Positions 49,625 to 60,000 of a stretch of 60,000 nt of DNA are shown here, piece by piece. Origin of the DNA: Felis catus (Eukaryota); the NCBI RefSeq assembly GCF_018350175.1, contig NC_058369.1, positions 8,868,001 through 8,928,000 of the forward strand, in the 5' to 3' direction. How positions within the stretch are numbered: the first letter of the stretch is position 1; each line of letters begins with the position of its first letter. The notes beneath the pieces are model-generated. The model was not told the origin of the DNA. It saw only the letters and a program-made list of their open reading frames with translations, and did no database searches. The position numbers and the translations under genes are program-made.

Positions 49625-52600
49625 TTTTTTTTCCCCCCTGATAGACTTTTTTTTTTTTTACAGCAATTTTAGGTTTACAGAAAACTTCACCAGGATGTAC
49701 AGAGTTCTCACATAACCCCCCCGCCTTCATACAGCTTGCCCTGTTTTTTTTATATTTCACATCAGTGTGGTACATTTGTTACATTCGATGAGCCAGTATT
49801 AATGCATCGAAGTCCTTGCTTTACAATAGCTGGACACTTTGGGGCGCCTGGGTGGCTCAGTTGGTTAAGCATCCGACTCTTGGTTTCGGCTCAGGTCGTG
49901 ATTTCATGGTTCGTGGGTTCAAGCCCCCCATCGGGCTCTGTGCTGACGGCACGGAGCCTGCTTGGGGTTCTGTCTCCCCCTCTCTCTGCCCTTCCCCTGC
50001 TCGCGCTCTCTCTCTTTCAAAAATAAATAAACATTGCAATAACTAGACTCTTCGCGTTACACAGTCTTAGGGCTTTGGCAATGTGCGATGATGTGTGCCG
50101 ATCGTTTCTGTATCATGTAGTGTATTTTCAGTGCCCTAAACGTCCCGTGTCGTCCATCTGTTTATTCATTCCTTCTTCCCACCCCCAAATCCCTGGCAAC
50201 CGCAGCTTGTTCACCGCCTCCCGCTTTTGTTCCTTCCAGAACTTTGCTGTCCAGAACTGTGCTTGGAATCATACAGTCTGTAGCCTTACCGTATTCTCTG
50301 CTTTCCCCTAGCAATGTGACTTTGAGGTTATTCCATGTCTTCTGGCTGGATATCTCATTTCCAGTTATCCCTGAATATTTCATCATATGGATGTTCCATT
50401 GATTAATTTTCCATTCATCTGTTGGAGGATATCTTGGTTACCTGTAAGTCTTGGCAACTGTGAATAAAGCTCTTACAAATATTCAGGTCCTGGGTTTTTC
50501 TTTTTAAGTTTTTTTTTCAGTGTTTATTTTCGGGAGATAGACTGGGGGAGTGGCAGAGAGAGGAGGAGACAAAGAATCCAAAGCAGGCTCCAGGCTCTGA
50601 GCCTGTCAGCACAGAGCCCGATGTGGGGCTCGAACCCACGAAGCGTGGGATCGTGACCTGGGCTGAAGTCAGACGCTCAACCCACTGAGCCACCGAGGTG
50701 CCCCTAAAGTTTTTTTTTTTTTAATATTTGCTTATTTTTGAGAGAGGGAGAGAAAGGGGGCATGTAAGAGCAGGGGAAGGGCAGAGAGAGTGGGGGAGAG
50801 AATCCCAACCAGGCTCTGCGCTGACAGGGCAGACTCGATCCCATGAACCGTGAGATCGTGACCTGAGCCAAAATCAAGAGTTGGGTGTTTAACCTACTGA
50901 GCCACCCAGGCGCCCCTCATGTGCAGGTTTTTTTATGAATGAGTTTTCAACTCATTTGGCATAATAGGAAGGATGGTGATTGCTGGATAGTATGCTAAAA
51001 AAAAAAAAATAGGTTTATTTTTTTCAGAAACTGCCTGTCTTCCAGAATAGGGATACATTTTCCACTCCCATCAGGAATGAATGAGGGTGGAATGAATGAC
51101 TAAATGATTTTCTCTCACATCTTTACTATTGTTTGTTTGTTTTTTCAAGGTCTTGAATTTTAGTTATTGTAATAAGTATCTGGCAGTATCTCATTTTTTT
51201 GATGTTTATTATTTTTTCTTTTTTTAATGTTTACTTATTCTTGAGAGAGAGCACACAAGTGGGGGAGAGGCAGAGAGAGAGGGAGACACAGAAGCTGAAG
51301 CAGGTTCCAGGCTCTGAGCTGTCAGCACAGAGCCTGATGCGGGGCTCGAACCCACGAACCACGAGATCATGACCTGAGCCGAAGTCAGATGCTTAACTGA
51401 CTGAGCCACCCAGGCGCCCCTAATGTTTGTTTATTTTTGAGTGAGGAAGCATGAGCAGGGGAGGGACAGAGCGGGGGCAGGGGGGACAGAGGGTCGGAAG
51501 TGGGCTCTGTGCTGACAGCAGAGAGCCTGATGCAGGACTTGAACCCATGAACCATGAGATCATGACCTGAGCTGAAATCAAATGCTTAACCTGTTGAGCC
51601 ACCAAGGCTCCCCTATATCTCATTCTTTTATTTGCAATTTCTTTTTTTTTTTTTAATTTTTGTTTATTTTTGACAAAGAGAGACCACAATCAGGGGAGGG
51701 GCAGAGAGAGAGACACAGGATCTGAAGCAGGTTCCAGGCTCTGAACTGTCAGCACAGAGCCCGATGCAGGGCTCAAACTCACGAACCATGAGGTCACGAC
51801 CTGAAGTCAGACACTCAGCAGAATGAGCACCCCCGGCGCCCCTTCTCAATTTCTTCTGACATGGTGTTGAGCATCTTTTTATATACTTAATTAGCATTTA
51901 TGTATTTTCTTTGGTGAAGTGTGTGTTCAGATCTTTTGCCCATTTTTAATTGAGTTGCTTGTCTTACTGACTTAAGAGTTCTTTGGACATTTTGGATACC
52001 AGCCCTTTAGCAGAGAAGTGTTTGTAAAGATTTTCTCTCAGTCTGTGGTTTCTGTTTTCCATCTCTTTAACTGTCTTTCACAGAGTGGGTTTTCATTTTA
52101 ATAAAGCCAAACTTGGTATCTTTTACTTTCATGGATCCTGATTTGGTGTTGGATCTAAAAATAATAATTACCAAACCCTAGGTCTCCTAAATTTTCTCCT
52201 GTGCTATCTCCTGGGAATTTTTTAGTCTCGGTTTTCTATAAGATCTATGAATCCATTTTGAGTTCATTTTTGTGAAAGGTGCAAGCTCTGTGTCTAGATT
52301 TTTTCACGTGGATTCTACTTTTTGTTGAAAAGACTGTGTTTTATGGGGCTCCTGGGTGGCTCAGTTGGCTAAGCGTCCAACTTCGCTCAGGTCATGATCT
52401 CACGGTTTGTGGGTTTGAGCCCCGCCTCAGGCTCCATGCTGACAGCCTGGAGCCTCCTTCAGATTCTGTGTCTCCCGCTCTCTCGGTCCCTCCCCTGCTC
52501 GCACTCAGTGTGTGTGTGTCTCTCTCTCTCAAAAATAAACATTAAAAAAAATTAAAAAAAAAAAACTCTTCAAGAAAAAAACATTAAAGTGATTATTGAT

Positions 52601-52966
52601 AGGGGTGCCTGGGTGCCTCAGTCGGTTAAGCGTCTGACTCTTCATTTCGGCTCAGTTCCTGATCTCATGGTTTGTGAGTTTGAGCCCCTCGTCGGGCTCC
52701 ATGCTGATGGTTTGGAGCCTGCTCGGGATTCTCTCTTTCTCCCTCGCTCGCTCTCTCTGTCCCTCCCCCGTGCGCACTTGCCCCCCCCCCACACACACTT
52801 AAAAAAATAAAGTGACTATTGATATCATTGGATTAATATATACCATAGTTATCTATCAGATGAAGTTCTTTTTTTTTTTTCAGGTGAAGAATTTTTAAAA
52901 TTTACTCCTTCTGAAATGCCCTCCCTTTCTTTATCATCTTCCTGCTTTTTGAAGAAGTTTCTTTCA

Positions 52967-53000
<34 letters not shown>

Positions 53001-53782
53001 AAAGCAGGTATACTGGTGGAAAATTCCCTCCATTTTTGTTTGTCTCAGAAAGTCTCGATTTCTCCCTCACCCTTGAAGAATAATTTTGTTCGACACCGAA
53101 TTCTGGGCACATCGTTTTTCTCTGTCAACCCTTTAAAATATTTCATTCCACTCTCTTCTTGCTTGCATGGTTTTTTTTTTTGGGGGGGGGGATGAGTATA
53201 AATGAATTCTTTGTTTCTCTATATCTGAGGTGTGTTTTTCCCTCTGGTTTCTTTCAAGGTGAAATGTCTTCGTATGCTCTGGGATTTTTTGTTTTATTTG
53301 TTTGAAGGCAGACCTCATGTGCTGAGAAGGAACTGAGGCAAATAGGCCTTTCAAAAAATAAATAAAAGGAGGCCTTTAGTGTGATGTTTTAAGTTTATCT
53401 GGCTAAGGGTTGGTGAGAAATAAGGCCACCGACCCAATCAGAGGAGGGACGCGGAGACTCGGAGCACAGCGGATCGAGGTTTTCTTCGACCTTCTTGCAG
53501 GAGCGGGTGTCTTGATGGACAGGCATGCTCGGGGCAGTTACAGCAGACAGTTTATCTCCAGGGTGTGTGTCCCTCCCCTGATTCTTCACTGGCTGAAGCG
53601 AGAGCCTTACCTGGACGTCGCCTGTGCCCATGTGAGGCAGAAAGTAGTCTGATTGGGGGACAGCCGGGTGACTCAGTCAGTTGAGCGTCCGACTCTTGAT
53701 TTCAGTTCGGGTCATGATCTCCTGGTTCGTGGGATCGGCCCCCACGTCGGGCTCTGCGCTGACAGCGTGGAGCCTGCTGGGG

Positions 53783-53823
<41 letters not shown>

Positions 53824-54900
53824 CCCTCCCCCACTTTCTCTTTTGCGCGCACGCTCTCTCTCTCTCTCTCTCTCTCAAAATAAATAAACATTAAAAAAAA
53901 AAAAGTAGTCTGGGGTGCCTGGATGGCTCAGGCGGTTGGGCAGCTGACTCCAGCTCAGGTCATGATCTCATGGTCTGTGGGTTCAAGCCCCGTGTCGGGC
54001 TAAATGCTGACCGCCTGGAGCCTGCTTCAGATCCTGTGTCTCCCTCTCTCTCTGCCCCTGCCCCCACTCTCTCTCAAAAATCAATAAACACTGGGGTGCC
54101 TGGGTGGCGCAGTTGGTTAAGCGTCGGACTTCAGCCAGGTCACGATCTCGCGGTCCGTGAGTTCGAGCCCCGCGTCGGGCTCTGGGCTGATGGCTCGGAG
54201 CCTGGAGCCTGTTTCCGATTCTGTGTCTCCCTCTCTCTCTGCCCCTCCCCCGTTCACGCTCTGTCTCTCTCTGTCCCAAAAATAAATAAACGTTGAAAAA
54301 AAAATTAAAAAAATCAATAAACATTAAAAAACAAAAAAAAAATTTTTTTTAAGTAGTCTAATTGGAACAAATGTACGTTTCCTGAGGTGATGCGGAGACT
54401 TTCAGTCCCCCCTTTGTTCTTTGGCTCATGCTCATTTCAGAGCCCACCAAAATAAGCCTGCAAAATAGAGCAGGGAAGAAAAACCAGGGAGTGAAATGTC
54501 CAAGGATTCGGGACTCCATTATGGGGGGGGGGGTGTCATATATATTTCCAGTAGGTTGTAAACATGTTAACTAGACAGCACAGCTTTTATTTTGGTATTT
54601 CTGAGGTGGGATCCTCTCCCTTACTTCTCACAGGGTTAGTCTCTATTGTGATTCGTTGTACCTGTGGCAGAAACTAAAACTTCTCGGGCGTCCTTTCTTT
54701 TGTCACCCCTGTCATCTGTGGGGTTCTCCGGAAGCTTCTCAAATAAGGGCTGGAATGTGCAGCTCTTTTCCGCGTATTAGTAAACAGGAGCCCGGCTGCT
54801 GCCGAGGTAAGTGTGGGCGGAGGGGAAAGCATTCTGCAGTCGTAGGATTTAGTCTCAGTCTTTCGTGAGCCTGGGCCCCCCCCCCGGGCTGTCCTCTTCT
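49625..54900 (-). mobile_element. Old LINE-1 remnant in intron 1 of module C, interrupted by many SINEs and a solo LTR
   Basis: 3' end matches 100-1775 (reverse complement); 5' part matches 33100-36680. Confidence 0.65.
53411..54632 (-). mobile_element. Solo LTR (ERV1-like) carrying three nested SINEs
   Basis: Termini TGGTGAGAAATAAGG ... CCTTACTTCTCACA form an imperfect inverted repeat; 4-bp TSD GGGT (53407-53410 and 54633-54636). Absent at the homologous module B site (~36415). Strand tentative. Confidence 0.7.
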
Positions 54901-57900
54901 TCCTCACAGATACAGGGAAGATATTTGGTCTTTGTCCGTGGTTCCTGGCCAAGATCTCCCCGAGCCTTTGGAATTTCCTGAGTGATAAGGGTGATGGAGC
55001 AGTCTTCTGTTCTAGGAGCCCGCCCAGAAATGCCTCAGATGGCTTCAGGATGGGGATTGGACACCAGAAACACGGGGCCTTGATTGGAGGCTTAGAATGT
55101 TCAGCTCCAGTTCCCAGGCTCTGGAGAGGGAAGAGGGGCTGGAGATTGAGTTCATCACCAAAGGCTTTGAGTTCATCACTTGTGCCTACGTAATGAAACT
55201 TCTGTCAGAAGCCTTAAAGGGGGCGATGCCCCTGGGTGGCTCAGTGGGTTAAGCGTCCGACTTTAGCGCAGGTCATATCTCATGGCTGAGGAGTTCGAGC
55301 CCCATGTCGGGTTCTGGCCTGACAGCTTGGAGCCTGGAGCCTGCTTCGGATTCTGTGTCTCCCTCTCTCTCTCTCTGCCCCTCTCCCACTTGCTCATGCT
55401 CTCTCTCAATGAACATTAAAAAATTTAAAAATTAAAAAAAAAAAGAAAAGGTACACTGGTGTATCTGTTGGAATACATTTTGCTTAATTATTCTATTAAT
55501 AAATCCTTCACATCTTTCCATATCAGGACACGTCACCCTTTGCTTTTAAACGGTGACTATGTGGGGCACCTGGGTGGCTCAGTCTGTTAAATGTCCAACT
55601 TCGGCTCAGGTCATGATCTCACGGTTTGTGGGTTCAAGCCCCACATGGGGCTCTGTGCTGACAGCTCAGAACCTAGAACCTGCTTCACATTCTGTCTCCT
55701 CGTCTCTCTGCCCCTGCCCCACTCATGCTCTGTCTCTCTCTCAAAAAATAAACATTAGGGGTGCCTGGGTGGCGCAGTCGGTTAAGCGTCCGACTTCAGC
55801 CAGGTCACGATCTCGCAGTCCGTGAGTTCGAGCCCCGCGTCAGGCTCTGGGCTGATGGCTCAGAGCCTGGAGCCGGTTTCCGATTCTGTGTCTCCCTCTC
55901 TCTCTGCCCCTCCCCCGTTCACGCTCTGTCTCTCTCTGTCCCAAAAATAAATAAACGTTGAAAAAAAAAATAAAAAATAAATAAACATTAAAATAAGCAA
56001 AAGGTAAGTATATAACCAATTCTTTCTCTTTTTTTAAATTGTTTTTAGTGTTTATTCATTTTTGAGAGAGAGGCACAGAGCGTGCGCTGGGGAGGAGCAC
56101 AGAGAAGGAGACACAGAATCCGAAGCAGGCTCAAGCTGTCAGCAATAGAGCCCGACGTGGGGCTCGAACCCACGAACCGTGAGATCACGACCTGAGCTGA
56201 TGTCGGACGCTTAACCCACTGAGCCAGGCGCCCCACCAGTTCTTTCAAAATAGACCCTTGTTACCAGTTTTTGCTGCCAAAAATCTGTGAACTAGTACTC
56301 AGATTTCCACCTTACAGGGTAAAAAAAAAAAAAAAGAAAAAACCTACTTCTCCAAACTTAATTCTTTAAATTTTTATCATTAAATATATTCAGAAAATAA
56401 TGTGCCTGATGCCTTATCAGAAGACTTTGTGGTAATAACAGTATAAACATGTTTGTGATCATTAAGATTTATAAGTGGGCATTGAACAGTTGTCAGCCTC
56501 CCAATGTTCCTGACCTGACTCCTCTCCATCCGACACGACATGTGACCTCTGTCTGGATTCTTTATTCTTCAAAACCTTTACCATCTGTTCCCCACCCCCC
56601 GCCCCCACTAAACAGTGTTCTTTTAGTTTTAACTTTAAAAAATATTTTTAATATTTATTTTTGAGAGAGACATTTTTTCACAATATGGTCTTTCATCTTC
56701 TGTTAAATATGTTTTGATTATTTTCTCATTTTTTAAACTATATGTTGAGTCTTACTCTGCACACTAAACTCTAATGTTGCATGTATTACAGATATTTTCT
56801 CATATCTTATTTTTTTTTATTTCCTTAGTTTAAATTTTTTTTTCAACGTTTATTTATTTTTGGGACAGAGAGAGAGAGAGAGAGACAGAGCATGAACGGG
56901 GGAGGGGCAGAGAGAGAGGGAGACACAGAAACGGAAACAGGCTCCAGGCTCTGAGCCATCAGCCCAGAGCCTGACGCGGGGCTCGAACTCACGGACCGCG
57001 AGATCGTGACCTGGCCGAAGTCGGACGCTTGACCGACTGCGCCACCCAGGCGCCCCTTTTATTTCCTTAGTTTATATATGAGTTGTTCAGTCTCTCGTTT
57101 AGACCTTTTTAAATTTTTTTTAATGTTTATTTATTTTTGAGAGAGAGGGAGAGAGGACAAGCAAGGGAGGGGCAGAGACAGAAGGAGCCACAGAATCTGA
57201 AGCAGGCTCCAGGCTCCGAGCTGTCAGCACAGAGCCCGAGGTGGGGCTCGAACTCACGGACCGTGAGATCATGACTCAAGCCGAAGTCAGACACTTAGCC
57301 GAATGAGCCACCCAGGCGCCCCCGTCTCGTTTGAGATGTTACTCTTTCCCTTACCTGAGAAAATTCTCCCTATTTTTCGATCAATAAAGTATTTATCTAT
57401 GGCTTCTACAAGTGCCTTGGTTTTATCTTTCACATTTAAGTCTACAGTGAATTGGCTATTTTCCACGGGATAGGAGGGAATATAATGCGCTTTTCCAGTT
57501 AGGTGACAGTTTGTCTTTGCCCCATGTATTAAAGGGCTTCAGATGTCTGCCAGTGCTCCACAGTGCCTGATCCGCCCTTGACCAGCTTTCGACATTTAAT
57601 GCTGGTCCACGAAAGACACTTTTCCTTTCCCTCGGTCTGTTTTTCTCTCTGCTAATGCTATGTTGTCTGGAATACTGTGATTTGAAAATCTTTGATGTAT
57701 ATTCGGCAAGCCGCCACTTTGTTCTTTGGAAGACCTTGACCATTTTTGGACATTTGTTTTTCCTTTTAGGTTTGGAGGTCTAATAAAAAGTCTGTTTTGG
57801 GGATTGTTGGAATTTAACAAAGACACATTTTGGGAGAGGAAACATCTTAAGAAGTGGAGTTATTTCTAAGAACATGTATCATATTTTCACTTTTTTTCAT

Positions 57901-58369
57901 TCTTCTTTGTTCAAGAAAAATGTACATCTTTTTCCATTAGGATTATTAAATATCATTCATTAGTCTTGTTTAGTGTTCAGTTAAATTTGTCCTGGAGGGA
58001 GATGCCCCACTGGCTCAGTCAGTAGAGCCTGTGATGCTTTTTTTTAAATTTATTTTTAATGTTTATTTATTTTTGAGAGAGAGAAAGAGGAAGTGAGCAG
58101 GGGAGGGACAGACAGGGAGACACAGAATCCAAAGCAGGCTCCAGGCTCTGAGCTGTCAGCACAGAGCCCCATGCAGGGCTCGAACCCACAAGCTGTGAGA
58201 TCATGACCTGAGCCAAAGTCGGACACCCAACCGACTGAGCCTCTCAGGCGCCCCTGGTGCCTGTGACTCTTGATCTCTGGGTCATGAGTTGGAGCCCCCT
58301 GTTGGGTGTAGAGATGGCTTAAAAATACACACACACACACACACACCCCTTAAAAAATATAAATTTGTT

Positions 58370-58762
58370 TTGGAGGAAACCACATGCAAGCTTCAAGGAG
58401 ATGTTATCTCCTACTGTAATCCATAGGATGGGCTCACTTCCCCAAGCAACAAGTTGTAACAACACATGTAAAATACTGTCTGTCAGGGAAGCTCATTCGG
58501 GGCTCCGTGCCTAGATCACATAGGCCCCCTCTACTGCGCATAACAAAAGTTTGTGGACTCTCAGAACGAACACAAGAGTTTGGGATACGTCATAATCTTT
58601 GCCTAAACAGTTTGGGCACACTGAGTCACTCTCATCAGGTTGGGGAGGTCCCTCCTATATCTTGGCTCCCAGATACCAATGAAGGAAGGACCGACACCGC
58701 GAGCAGGCATTTGTAAGGATCCGCCGTCTCAGGCCTGCTAATAACGTTAACTCTCTTCCACA
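58370..58762 (-). mobile_element. MER68/MER77-like ERVL LTR remnant
   Basis: Minus strand begins TGTGGAAGAGAGTTAAC..TAGCAGGCCTGAGAC, matching the recalled family start. Confidence 0.5.
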
Positions 58763-59442
58763 CGCGAGGTACTAGGACACTTTTATGAGCCAGCGCTGCA
58801 GAGTAATTGGAGCCACTCCAAGTAATTGAGCCAATCCAAGTAGTTCCTTTTACTCCGTGGATCTCACAAGAAGTGTGGATTTCCTGTTCTCTTTTCTTAA
58901 CCAGATGGGTGAAATCTACCATCCAAATTACCGTATGGGAGCCATTTCTCTATCACCTGCACATAGACCTCAGTGAGTTAATGATCTTGTTCAGAGACCA
59001 GCATTTAGCGGAATTGTGTAGCTGAGGGATATCTGTGCCCAGAGGTTAGGCTGGCATGCCCCTGGGCCCCACACGAGGGGTCAGAAGTGCAGGAAATGGA
59101 AGGGCAGCCTCTAAGGGCAACTGGTTGAATATCACTGCCTCCTGAGATCAGAGAAGGGAACCTCTGTGTTCTTTTGGGAGAAAACACTGACGGGGCTCCT
59201 GGGTGGCTCAGTTGGGTAAGCGTCTGACTCTCGGTTTCGGCTCAAGTCATGATCTCATGGTTCGTGAGTTTGAGCCCCGCATCAGACTCTGCACTGACCG
59301 CGTGGAGCCTACTTGAAATTCTGTCTCTCCCTGTCTCTCTCTGCCTCTTCCCTGCTCATGCTCTCTCTCAATGTAAATAAATTTATTTAAAAAAAAAAAA
59401 CACTGCTGAACCTTTTGTGTGTTTCATAATAATGAATGCATT

Positions 59443-59669
59443 GGGGCGCCTGGGTGGCGCAGTCGGTTAAGCGTCCGACTTCAGCCAGGTCACAATCTCG
59501 CGGTCCGGGAGTTCGAGCCCCGCGTCGGGCTTTGGGCTGATGGCTCAGAGCCTGGAGCCTGCTTCCGATTCTGTGTCTCCCTCTCTCTCTGCCCCTCCCC
59601 CGTTCATGCTCTGTCTCTCTCTGTCCCAAAAATAAATAAACGTTGAAAAAAAATTTTTTTAATAAAAAA
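59443..59669 (+). mobile_element. Young felid SINE
   Basis: Perfect TSD ATAATAATGAATGCATT (59426-59442 and 59670-59686). Confidence 0.9.
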
Positions 59670-60000
59670 ATAATAATGAATGCATTGACCGTCAAACCAC
59701 TGTGGTTTTCAAGTGAACTTTCTCGCAGATTGCAATGTTTATCCAGTTCCTCAAGCTCAGCAGGGCCTGAGGTACGCTGTTAGGGTTCTGCCGAGCATGC
59801 TGTCATCTCAGCGTGTGTGCATACGCGTGCTTAAAAGTTGGCGAGAAGCGGCTCCGAGGCCCTTGCGTAGAGAGGTTTTGCGGGGTTCGGAGTTGTGATG
59901 CCTTCTCTTTCATACATAAGCTGTAATATCTGAATGACATCCTCGCCCCGTGAAATGGGACGGATAGGAGGGAATGAGTGAATCTCTGACAGATATTTTT

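Larger units (their letters stand above)
1..59690. mobile_element. Dispersed Can-SINEs (SINEC_Fc and older SINEC types), about 90-95 copies on both strands
   Basis: Repeated GGGGCGCCTGGGTGGCTCAGTCGGTTAAGCGTCCGACTTCGGCTCAGGTCATGATCTC head (tRNA-derived A/B boxes), (CT)n body, AATAAA-rich tail and TSDs. Count is manual. Confidence 0.95.
40840..60000 (+). other. 5' part (exon 1 + long intron 1) of a putative KRAB zinc-finger gene, module C; continues off the right edge
   Basis: Promoter and ATG|GT exon followed by ~19 kb of repeat-rich intron homologous to modules A and B. Exon 2 is not reached within the window. Confidence 0.65.

Noticed and set aside
58765..59190. Unassigned segment with a short tandem duplication (GTAATTG(G)AGCCA(C/A)TCCAA twice), considered as an ERV env remnant
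   Set aside because: No recognisable motif or paralogous copy in the window; cannot be supported without a search.
318..59695. Dozens of similar ORFs (MAQSVKRPTSAQVMIS..., [17 protein letters not shown]...) resembling a multigene peptide family
   Set aside because: They are all translations of Can-SINE copies in various frames.

Overview
Mammalian genomic DNA, almost certainly from a felid. About 90-95 tRNA-derived carnivore SINEs (Can-SINE/SINEC_Fc type, roughly a third of the bases by my manual count) are mixed with old LINE-1 fragments and LTR remnants. I find no complete protein-coding sequence, and nearly all ORF-track entries are SINE, L1 or low-complexity artefacts. Under the repeats, the window is an array of ancient paralogous gene 5' modules. 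Each module has a CpG-island promoter (TGAGTGACAG-like motif, GC box, CCAAT), a first exon ending in ATG|GTGAGT, and a long intron 1 holding a sense-oriented class III (ERVL, MER74/HERVL74-like) provirus remnant. This first-exon signature is what I recognise from KRAB-C2H2 zinc-finger clusters of the human 19p13.2 type; that assignment is inferred, because no KRAB or zinc-finger exon lies inside the window. Module A is on the minus strand (ATG at 9450, gene runs off the left edge). Relic D is a promoter-less minus-strand copy at ~18.0-19.1 kb. Module B is on the plus strand (ATG at 20394) and has no KRAB/ZF exons before the next module. Module C is on the plus strand (ATG at 41014, gene runs off the right edge). 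Most notable: orphan promoter B (alternative ATG-only first exon, or an LTR-terminated lncRNA); loss of the poly(A) signal in the three intronic 5' LTRs; a 72-bp hyper-conserved intronic element; independent retrotransposon insertions at the same paralogous site; and a CpG-gain tract at ~48-50 kb. Repeat-family names come from recalled consensus sequences, not database searches, and many boundaries are approximate.
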